From: Phoronis australis
Lineage: Eukaryota > Animalia > Phoronida
Assembly (NCBI GenBank): GCA_002633005.1
Contig: NMRA01000067.1
Location: 790,440-854,439 of the forward strand
Direction: 5' to 3'
DNA length: 64,000 nucleotides
The stretch's first letter is position 1, and each line of letters opens with the position of its first letter. This document shows positions 40,201-52,200 of this stretch, one piece after another. The translations under genes were made by a program, and so were the position numbers. Below the pieces are notes generated by a model that saw only the letters and a list, made by a program, of their open reading frames with translations, was not told the origin of the DNA and did not search any database.

Positions 40201-43200
40201 TGTTTGATAACTGAATGTCAATTGGTGAGGCGAGATCTGTAAATTGTGCTGAGGAATTTCTGAATATCTCTATAATGACTCAGTGTGGGTATGGGAAACA
40301 TCTGATGGAGTCTTGTGATGGAATGTTGAGTTATTTATAGTTCTTGGTAGATTTCATCCCCCATTGCAGACAAATTTTTGTGATAGATAGATATATAGAT
40401 AGATAGTTTATTTTTGCCATGATACATATACAGTAAATACATGTTGGTAAAGACACATAGTAGCAAGGCAAGGAGACTCTAAAAAGGCTTCAGGCAATGT
40501 GATGTTTATTTGGGGAGTCCCATAATTTTTGAGTTTGGTGAAAATAAAACTACCTTTATGTAAGGCCGATGGACTAATATTTATTTGTTAAAAATACATT
40601 GGATGCACTCAGCCTTAGTTATGAAGCTGTGCAGTTTTAATTTCATTAGTTTGTATGGTTGCCAAAAATGACAGTAAAAGGTGAGGATTTTGTGGTAGAG
40701 TGTAATTAGATTTACATGAACCAGAATTTAGCCAGATAATCAGCTAAAATGCAAACTAGTTGTAAACTAATTTTCATGCACCTACATATAAGACCCTAGT
40801 ATACTAATGTCGATGCGTCGATGTTTTGGGGAGTTGCAGTCAGTATGAATGCTAAACTTCGATCCTGGATCGACGTTAACAGCACCAGTTAATTTCGCAC
40901 TAAACAGATGGATTTAGGAGCGTCGACGCTGTGGTGCAGTATGAACGGTCAATTTCAGTCCTATCGAAGTTATCGCCAGGTGCCACTGTCATCATCATCA
41001 ATTACAGGGTAGTGCTGTTGCTAATAGTTGCTTATATTTTGCTCTAATAATCACCAATCGATTTAAAAATTAAGTTTTATGTCAATTAGCTCATGTAAAT
41101 GTTGCCAAATTGCCACAATGAAAAAATCTTAGAGTGCAGCGTTACCTTGCGATAACTTCGATGACGACAGCGTCACCTACTGTTTACTTCGATGTTCCTT
41201 AACTACCGAAGCCAGTATGAACGGTCCAGTTAACTTCGTGGTTTACGTCGACGCTGTGCTCAGACCTGAGTTAAGTCAATATGAAAGGGCCTATACATAT
41301 GTTGGTGCATATGTTGCAGTCATCTCTGTCCAGGTGTCCAGCAACCATCTACAGCCATAAGACTTTATGGACATTGGCAGATGTGTTCCTATGAAGCTGA
41401 CAACAGATCAGGATGGGTCTTGGACCGATCCAAGTACTGCTGTGCCCCCTAGTGGCTGTTTTATTTTCTAAGAAACTTTGAATCTGTATCTTTGAAGTTC
41501 CTTGGCTGATTTTCGTTTTTTCATCATTTATTTTTCATACAATGTATTCAGTGTAAGACATAAACCACATTCATACGTCATTTGCCTGGTGCTGTTTTCC
41601 CCAAACTAGTTATTTTTGAGGACATGACTTGTATGGTTAAGTGTCCAAAGTTTTTGTAGTTCTACCAATATGGGATTACTGTGATTTAGATTGTACTTTT
41701 CAGTTAATGAAATTTGTTTCCAAATAGATAGATTGGTGAAACATTCTCTGCTGAAAATACATATACAAACACTGGTTACCAATCATGCTATAAACATCCC
41801 CTTTATACAAGATAAGGATCAATTTGGGAGAAATCATTTGAATTCCTTAAATGTCTCATGGTCAGTGGACCGGTTTCATCCTCATTCCATTCACAATAGG
41901 GGGATAGATATCAATACAGCGACTCTGTTCACTAGGTCACTGTAACAAAGGGAAAAATTCTGGGCATGTTTGACTGAGAACATTAGCACAAAGGAACAAT
42001 TATTGCAAGGCCCTTCAAAAGGAAGATTTGGTCTTGAATCGAAGTCAACAGCATAAGTTAACTTTGAAGTAAAGAGGTGGATTGAACAAGGAAGCGTCGA
42101 CACTTCGCTACACTTAACTTTGATGCCCTACTGTTATCGGCAGGGATTACTGCCCGCATTTGCCAACAGGAGGCGGTGACTGGTTACTGTTTGTTAACAT
42201 TTTGTTCTAATGATTAATATTATCCATGTATTTTCTGGAAACTTTACATTAAAAAATCACTGAACATGTAGTGTACGCAAAAATAAGTTCACCCTCACGC
42301 CATACCGCCTTTGTTTGGATCAGCTCTTAGCCTGCGCCAAGAGTCAATTATTTAATGTGTCATTTTCTAGTACATCGTGGCAACTGTTGGCTGCCTTGTG
42401 AAGTTGATGTTTACATCTGAGGAGAGGGAGAGCTCCTTGCCAGTTTCAGTAATGGCAAACATGTGTACGTCAAAAACAGCAAGGCCATAATGCAGGGCCA
42501 TATAACCAAAGGTCATATTATCGCAACCTTTCTGAACTGCTACTCCGAAGTTGATGGGACGCTTAACTTTGCTGTTAACCACAGTTAACATCGAAGGTTC
42601 GGTAGTAGCGATATTAGCTGTATGGGAAAGGGCCTTGCAACCTTAACTGGTCAAGATCATAGCGCCAGTTGTTAAGACAATTATGTTAGGATTAATGGTT
42701 GGAATATATGTAAGCTATACAGATGCGCATGCTACTGGATCTTGCTTTGGCTAGTGGTAGTATTTAACTACAGCCGTGGTTCACAAATAGTGTAATGTAT
42801 GCTATTATATTTTCAGGAACACCTACATCGCTGTAAGTTTAAGCCTGTGCCATGTTTTTATAAGTCATATGGCTGCTCGACTGAGCTGCCACAAGACGAA
42901 ATCAAGGACCATGAGAAGAGTTGTTGCTTTAGCAAACAGCACGCTAATCTCGTTGATTACGAACAGGTAAAGGAAGTGTATGCGCATCCGTTGCAAAACT
43001 GAGAAACATTAACAAAGTTTGTTGATGATACCCATACTGAGTATTTCCTTTAAAGTGCTTTTAAGTATCATTTTCCTAGTTTTGATAAGTGAATTCATTG
43101 TCAGCATCATTAAACCTTCTATTATAGCACTGCATAATTTATTGCAATCGTAAATTCGATATCCCAAAAACAAGAGAATAGAAGAAAAGCAGAAGTTTCT

Positions 43201-46200
43201 TAGGTCCACGAATATGAGTTTGACTTATCGGTTTACCTAGTGTTTACCCAGATTTGGTGTGTCATGTTCACCAACAGGTTTGTTTTTTGTTCAAACGCAC
43301 TTACTAATTTCGTGTTCAAACATTTTCTAATTGGTCAGGTTATTCATGTGTCACCTGTTTAACCAAGACAAGTGTGAGTCACAGAATATTTTAACTTTCA
43401 GGTATTATGTGGATAGTTTAAAAACTAATTGCAACCATGTGCTGATATTATTCATAAGAATAGGGGTATTTTTTAGGTTACTTGGGAAACTTGTATTAGT
43501 TACTGGTATTGTATTGTATGTATGTTATCTAATACGCCTTCAGAGTCGGAATTTCCTTTGGGCTATTTTTAAAGGATGGGTAAAATTTCTGTTTGATCGG
43601 TGTCTGGCAAAACAGATGGATTTATTATTTTGGGAGACTGCCATGTTTGTGATTAAATAAAAGATTACATTACATGGCATTCACTGTTACAATGTTATAG
43701 ATGTTTAACATCTGTTATCATTAGTGTTGAGTAGTATTACCTAAATTGTCTTGAGTTCCTGGTTTATCATGTTTCTCATCGAGCTAAGAAGCAGTGCCTG
43801 TTCTTAAAACAGTTTTGTAGAATGCCACTCAGCTTTAGTATGGACCATGTATGTGTGATTTTTAGGTGACGTCTTAGCTTCGATTGATGAGCTGTCTATA
43901 GATCACATGACCACTAAAATTGCTCTAAGGATGCACAAGGGTGTATTATCAAGATTCAAACTGCTGTGTACAATAAGACTAGTTCCTTCTGAGTTTGTCG
44001 AGATCACACAAGTCTTGGTGAGATATCATTAAGTATTGCTAGCGAAGCGTCATGACCTCGCTAGATTTTACTTGTGATCTTGTGCGACATTTGTGGGACT
44101 CTGATTGCACAAGTATCTTTGTGGCATTGAGTCAGTCCAACACCACTTCTCCGCAGTTGTTTATGGTCAATTCTATTTCATGTTTGGTATTGTTCTTACA
44201 TAATATGTGCGTTGTTGTTGTAGTCGGGAGCCTGTTCCCACAGAAGCACTGGTGAACCATCACCGTGTGTATTTCACCCGTATGGGTGTGAAGACGTGGT
44301 AAGTACATATAGTGCAATCATGGGGGCAGAGCGTGTAAGCTAATCAATCATTATCATCTAATGTAATTTTGATCTATTTTTGCTTTGTTCAACACCAGCA
44401 AGTCCGGGGATGCAGATGTATAGATATATCATATCAGAAACAAACAAAATTTCAAAACCCCGCATGTCGTATATTTGAACAATGATGGGATTTTTTTGAT
44501 GAATTGCGCAGAACAGGGTTTGATTTGCATGTGGGACCTCTGTCCAGGTCTAAAGTAACGCAACCAAACATGAAATTACCCATCAGGTGCTGGTTTCAGT
44601 TTTAGGGCAACTCGTTGCAATTGACTAACCAAAGAAAATTTAGCTCTGTGTATCCGTAAATTTTCAAGGTCTATTTTGTGGATGAAATACAAAGTTAAAC
44701 TGCAAGATGTCAAGAGTTTTGTTGGTGCCTGCAGCTCAGTGAATGGTGTGGTTTAGGTCTGCACTCTCCTTGTGTGGGGCGTACAGACACCCTTCGCAGT
44801 TTATCTTGAGGTGTGGTTACAAGGAAATCCTATGTGAAACTGATAGAGATGGTATAAATTTGATACAGATACTCGATACAGAAAGCTTTTGAAATACTGG
44901 AGTAAAGAAAGTGAGTGTCTGAGTAATTCACACGTGACGGACGTCCAGCGTAACAAATCCTTAATTAGTTGTAATGCAGCTGATACAACACTTTTGTAAA
45001 TACTGTATGTGAGACAGGATGTACGCAGCAGTTGCAGGAGTGAGTGTGCATAATTGACAATACTGCAGTAGCGTTCCTTCATACAGATGTTTTACAAGAG
45101 TGTTGAAGTTCACTTGCTTGTTTGTTCACCTAAAAGAGTCCACTGATGTTGTCTAATTGATATGAAATTTACATGCACTGTGTCTTGTCAATAGCTTGAG
45201 GTTATTTTTATAGGCTGATACACATCCATATGTGTTGCCAAGTTGTGTTAGGAAGGACAATTTCCCTTATTGTAAAGCTACAGCTCTCATTCTTTGACAA
45301 GATTTATTTGAATTTTAGGTTTTTGTGGAAAGATCTCATTAAGAGCTACCAGAGTACTCACACTTATTTATGGCTTAATGTTTTTCGGTTATTCGATATT
45401 TAACGATGTCTTCTGTTTTACTGATAGGGCTAGATTAATTATTTGTGACACTTTTGTTCAGTAACCTTTTACTGTAGATCACAAGACTGTCATTCGTAAT
45501 CATTTTTGTCATCATTATCGTCATCACCACTGTCACCAGCATGATCATCACCACCATCATCTTCATGGTCATTTTCATTTGATTTCATAAAATGTTGCTC
45601 TCTAAAGGGCTTTTGTCATGTCATGTTTGTTGTATTTTCATCGTATGGTTTAGGTGGACCGTGAAAACCTTGAGCAACACTATACCGATGCGATATACAA
45701 CCACTGTTGCTTAATAGTAAAGAAGTTGTCATCGTACAATGGCATTGTTGAAGACATAACAAAACAAGCAGACGTACGTAACAGCAGAGTTTATTTCTTA
45801 TGTTAGTTCCTGATGTGTGTCATTATAAGCTGCCATTTTTGCACATCCCAGGTGCTGAACAGGGAAGAGTTCTGCATGAGCTATAATTTTTTTTTTTGAG
45901 GTCATACAGCAAAATGCTCAAATTGTAGAGCACTGTATAGGCATGCTATTAGTGCCACCTTGTGTGTAAACCATACATCATATTTTCTTTGGATTTGCTT
46001 GTTTATCTAATTGTCAACCTTTAGAAAAGTGATATTTATTGAAGAATACACAAGACATACAAAGAAATGATGACAAACCCAGAAATCGCAAATTGTGAAG
46101 ACCTTTTGCATTTCATCAAATTATTATTGTTGTTATGCCTTTCAATTGCCTATTTTCAATCCTTAAAAAGAAGTATTTTCTAAATCCTTGATCGATTGAA

Positions 46201-49200
46201 ATATCTCAATTCGTGCCTTAAAAGGTCGCACACATTAGGCAAAATATTAAAACTGAAAATTTGCCTAAGATAGTTTTCTGCCAGCCTTGTTATGTAACAT
46301 TACCCCCCTAGTGGTGGGCTCAAGCCATATCAGTTAGGTTAGCAGTAGTCTTTATCAGACCATCTGTTTTGGAACAGTGTCTGACTTGGAGGGAGGGAGG
46401 CTACTTTCCACGAAACACCAATATACATATACCTGTAGTCGGAATGCTTGTTAGCCAAAAGCATTCTAATGAATATCATTTTACTGGAATGGGAGCCAAA
46501 AGCATTCTAATGAATATCATTTAACTGGAATGGGACAAATTTTCTTGTGAATGGCATGAGCAGTGATAATTATCTTTTCGCACCGTTCTCTCATGCATTC
46601 AATTGGCAACATAACCAAGTACGCTAATCTTAAATCGATGTCAGAAAGCCGTAACATTTACATCACGAAACATCCACATATGATGACATATTGTAACTGA
46701 AAATATACCTACAAAGATTTCAATCTACTAATTTTTCCCCTGGGATGAAAAACAGAGCAACTCAATTGACATAGCCGGGAGTGACACCACTGATAACAGA
46801 AAGTACGCTGTTCACGCCGTAACATTGCGCATCTGCAATAAAGTTCTTCAGTTACGAAATTTGTATGGAACTGTTATTATCATTATTATAATGGACAAAG
46901 ACACAATGATTACCGTGTATTTATTAACAACTATTTTATCGGGAGTATAGAGCACCAAGAAATCATACAATTGTGATTGCGCGTAGTAATACCAAACAAT
47001 TGTGGTCACGTGACCAGAAAAATGGTGTAACTCCTCTATTAGTAGACCAATTTTTGGGATTTAAATACGAAATTTGAAAATTTTGCATAGTTAAGACAGA
47101 TTTGCACAAACCTGAAGACACAGAAAAGCAAAAACAACCCAGTGCAGTATAGAGAAAAATCAAGCACTGGACTTCCGTATTTGAGTTGGCTATCTACTAA
47201 CTTGATGACTGACCAGTGGCGGATTTAGGGGGGGNGGGGGGGGGGGGGCAAGGGGGCCAACTGTATTCTTCGTATTAACCCAATGCAATATTTCAGTACT
47301 GCCAGGCAGCTATGTGGTTTGTAACCTTAGTCAACAAACCCAGCACTGAGGACAACTGAGGAAGGTGGGTATGTGTGTGAGATCAAAGGAAACCTGTTCA
47401 GTTGGCATGGGCAACAGGGAGGTTTCATCTTGGCTTTTCTACGCCTGATGTAATCATTTTTAGTGATGTGACCGGCAGTTTTTGTGAAAATTGTCTTATT
47501 GGCTTTAATCTTTGAATGGAATAATTTCTGAAAATTAAACTAGGGACGACTTCATGTTTTAGCTATTTTTAGGAAATGTTGTCAGCTTTTTATTCACCCT
47601 TAGACAACAGAAATTATAGGATGCTAAAGTCGCCTTTTAAAACAATGTTACAAGTCTTCATTTTTGACCACCCATGTCTTCCTTGTTTAACATTGTTTTT
47701 GCATCTTTTGCAGGAACAGAAAGATATAGTGACGTCCCTGAAGCGTTTATTTGATAGATGTTTCACAGATTCCGGCAGAGTTTTGGCAATCGCAGGAGAC
47801 ACCACAAAAAAATTGTGCAATCTAGAGGTGAGCTTTCAAGGTCACTAGTTCTGACTCAAGGTTTGTCAGTTACAGGTCTGCAAAATGATGATTACTGAAC
47901 AAATGAACACAAATTACTGTGTACAAGTTCACAGCCTGCTGCCTTAAATGGTCACAATTTTCCATCTCCTGCTTGAAACAAACTTTCTCTTACTTATGGA
48001 AACCTTGTCATCTTGCTGTTAGGATTAGGTGGGCGCAGGTTGTTACAGACCGGTGCTGATATCTTTCGGTGCGACGACTGACTGAAGACTGGTTCGAGTT
48101 AATCCTTTATTAATCCCAACCGTATGTTCACAAACCTACTCAAACAAAACGTCTGACGTAATGTCTGTTTATGCTCCAGCCAATGCTGCGAAGACTTGTA
48201 ATGACTTGTGATGAACTTCTGAGACACGTTCAGCAACTGTTACGCTCGTCGATTCAATAACCTGCTGTCTCTATAGCTGGCTCTCTATTGACTTTCACTG
48301 TAACTGCTGATTCTCTTCACTGCAACTCAACTGTAATCTCCTGATTAACTTTCTTGAACCCACCGATTAACTGACTTGATCTGACTAAAACAAACCTGTG
48401 CTTGTGTATTTATAGCCTAATGCATTGTTCTGGAACTTTACATCAATTCAAGCACATTCTAGAACTTTCCTGAATCTACCCAACCATTCTACAAACGTAC
48501 TAGTCTCTAGAATATTCCAGTCTGCATTAACCACTGCCATGCTAGAGTCTTCTAGAAAGTTCCACACCATACTGCAGTAAACAAATTACATCATCACTAC
48601 TGAACTCAGTCTACTAGAAAGTTCCATACTATTCTGTAGTAAACCAATTACATCATCATTGTACTTAACTCAGGGGTCATGCCAACCAAACTGAATAACA
48701 AAACAAAACAATACAACTAATTATACTGTCAGACTATATTCTGACAGTGGCTATAATTTTCTTGTTTTCATCTGGTACACAAATGCTAAGTGCATACAAA
48801 CAGCTTTTAAAGCACGTCGTATATGATCTGTGACGGAAAGTGGTGGAATTTTGGTATTGCCTGTTGTCAAATGACACCATTGAACATAGTCGGCAGCCCT
48901 CGATGCTTGGCTTAATGCCAAATCGCATTTGGCAACCTGACAAAAATCCCAGGTTGCCAAACGAAATCTGAGGTCGCCAAAACTGAAAATCCCAGGTCGC
49001 TAAATAAAATATGAGATTGACGATCCCACGTAAAAATTGTCGAGTAAAAGGGCCCCATTCTCAGTATCTTTCGCGTACTTCCAATTTCTCCCAGAAAATG
49101 ATTCTCTTTAACTCAGTTCCTCCCACTAACGCACAGACATAGCATGCAGACGATTGCATACACTGGTGGTGCTCATGTCAGTGTGTCATCGATTTTTGCC

Positions 49201-52200
49201 GACATTTCCGAATTTCGTCTGTTTACTTGTAATTTAAGTGCATTTTTGAAGTTTGCTGACTGCATTATTGGCAAATGTGCTGATTTCTCGAAATAAACGG
49301 AACAGTTGGGAATAACAATGTTGCGTTTTGGCCAAAATAGTAGTAAAAGTCTAATCACAAGCATACACATGAATATTCACATATTCATATCCAATGTTTC
49401 ATTTTATTACAAACAAATCATCTTCAAGGAGATGTAATACGACAGCATTAAATAACAAGGCTTGGAATTTTCCGCGGAAACGCAGATTTCCGCTTTTTTT
49501 TTTCTTATTCCCTGCGCGTATTTTTGTTATATTTCTGCGCAAAAAATCGGATTTGCCATAAAATTTTCGCCGTAAATTGGTTTCTAACTGCGGCGTTGCC
49601 GATGACTCGAAAAGTGGAAACTGCTCTTTATGTTTTGGAGGAATGAAAATCGTAGCCGGGGCGTCTGGGAATGCGTGGTTCATCAATGGCGTCTGCATAT
49701 GGTATTAACCGTGGTGACAAATAGTGCGATTCTGCGGCCAAAAATGCGTGGAGCTTGGATTAGACAGAATATTTCGTGGAAAAAATAGGATAAAAGAAAC
49801 AGTCAATGTGTTCGCAAACAACAAAGGTCTGGGTTTTTGCTCTGTAAACGTTGACAGTGGGACAATTACGGCGTGCGTGGCCGAATCGCGGAGAACCACC
49901 TGAAAACGATGAAACACAAGAAAGAAAAACGTTTTCTGAATGGAAATTCAACCGTAACCGGTATGTCGTTGGATTGGAATCGTGGGATGTGAGTGATGTA
50001 TGAAATTCTTCTGTTTGATCCCACGTGCAAGCCTGTGCCGGCAGTTGCCAAGTTGGCTGCTAGGCCTGAGTTCGCCAATTTTCCACGTGCCGCCGAAACG
50101 GGATACAAAGTGCTATGTTTGTTACTGCAAATGTGTTTTAAGTTGCCGTTGATGTATTCCAATTTATTTTGACATTTTTCATCTTTAATTTTTGTTAAAA
50201 AGTCTTATTTTGACCGACTCGAGTTTTGCAGTTCAAGAGAGAAGTGGTCACGTGGCAGGCTCTGAAGGATCTGATTGGTCCAAGCCATTGTTTACAAATT
50301 CTGATAGCCTATTTTGAGTGTCCTTGTAGTTATTTTTTATGTCACATAGTTTGTTCTACACCAGCATGGCTTATGAACAATTATCTCCTGTAAGTGTTGT
50401 TTTAAACTGAAAAATTTGGCCTACTTAGGATTGTGATTGATGTGTTCTGTAGTTTAAAGTATGTTGTTTTTGACTTTCATTTTTTCCATGCTAAGAGTTG
50501 GGGTATGAGCCACAGGTTTTCGTCTTGACTTTTTTCCAGTGCTTTGGAATTAAATTTTTGTTTGAATTAAACGCGCATGTATTTCAGGCTTTCTAGATAA
50601 TCAGGGTCGATTTTCAATTTTTTTTAATTTTGTATCGTAATTATAAGAACTTAATATAATGAAAATAATTTTATAGGTCTCCCTGGTGCAAATCAAGAAT
50701 AACCTTCTGTCACTCACGACTGCAAATTTTGCATCATTATCTTTATTATTTTAATTATAAAAGATATCTTTTATTGCCTTCATTACTGTTACTGATTGTC
50801 AGGTACTGCTTAAAATGAGTGCATTTTGCCAACACGACACAGTTACAGGGCATCTTGTGATAATAATGTTTACTTTCAATCTGTTGAGGTATGGTTGTTT
50901 AGATTGCAATGTGTATTTGGGGCAGTAAAAATTTTCCTCTTTTTTTGCCATGGTTCATTCCAAGCCTTGAAATAAAACAAGTCAAAACACAGTATTCCGA
51001 TAGTCACACTGTTGATGATCACTTGGAAATGCAAAGTGATAGAAAAATGCTGGGAACAAGACAACACCGATCACCACAGCTGGAGATTGTAAGCTCCCAT
51101 GTTCGGGTTTAGGTAATGCTCAACATATTCTTATGCGAATGACTTCCTTTATATGAAATCCCATACAGTGGTTGTCTCAGTCCAGGACATTCAGATCAGA
51201 ATAGGCAATATTATGACTAGTCTCTATGATTTAGGACAGCACCACCTGGTAATTATTTATAGAATGTTCTTTCAATCTGTTTCACAAAATTTATACCATG
51301 AATGTAAATTGCCACTATGACATTACAATTAATGTGGTATACCACATGGTATTTTTGCAAAGTAGACAACGGTGATTTAAGTTTGGATGGTGAATTTTGT
51401 CTGTTATTAGGCTTGAATATGGTCAACAATTTAGCTCAGGGTCCAATGACATTAAGCGTTCTGCCCATCAAAAACTCTTGTTACTGCTTGGTTTCTTACA
51501 CAAGCACACTACGTTCTCTCATTAGAATTTCTGGCTGTGAGATATGATGTAGTCAAGTTCCCAGATTAGTTTTGGCCACTGTTGCTATGGAAACTGTTCT
51601 ATTCCCTAACTGTGATGGTGATCAGCAACTTATCACACCCTATTACAGAGGTTGATCAAACGACTTGCGGAATCATTAGACAAGCAGTCTGGTCACATGA
51701 CCTCATCTAACGTACCCTCCTTGGAACAGTTTGATGAACAGGCTGCTGAGGTATTGGTCCTCCAGGAGAGTGTTAAAGAGGCAGAACTCCAACTGTTACG
51801 CTTGGAAGGGGATTCACAAATAGGTAATTGTCAGGTTATGCCGTTGTGGATATAGAAAACCTGTGTTTGGAGGTTACCTGGACAGCATTTTGTCAACTTA
51901 GTTTCTTGCGTAAGAAGTAAGATCTTGGAAAATCACACGAGTGAAAAGTGAGTGTTTTATGAGTATACTTGTGAGCCTGTCCTAGCAGAATGGCGACCAG
52001 TGAAGTGATTGGATGGTGACGATGAGATGTTGAATTATGGGATAGAATTCATGAATCATGGGATGTAATTCACTCCATTACATAAGATTAGATTTCATTC
52101 TCCAAGTGCTAGTTATTGTCTTGCAGTCTACAGAACTCAGCCCTTATTTAAATGTAATTACTTTTACAAAATTAATAAGCATTGTTTATCTCGTTATTTA

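Noticed and set aside
42008-42636. Additional Harbinger-like MITE (GGCCCTT...AAGGGCC)
   Set aside because: Only a short terminal match and weak similarity to family C; boundaries are not defensible.
50965-51088. Exon-like block in TRAF intron 6 (LEIKQVKTQYSDS...PQLEI|gtaagc)
   Set aside because: The best acceptor is out of phase with exon 6 and would give an immediate stop. Exons 6 and 7 join in frame without it. It could still be real with a weak acceptor or an unseen partner exon; cDNA is needed.
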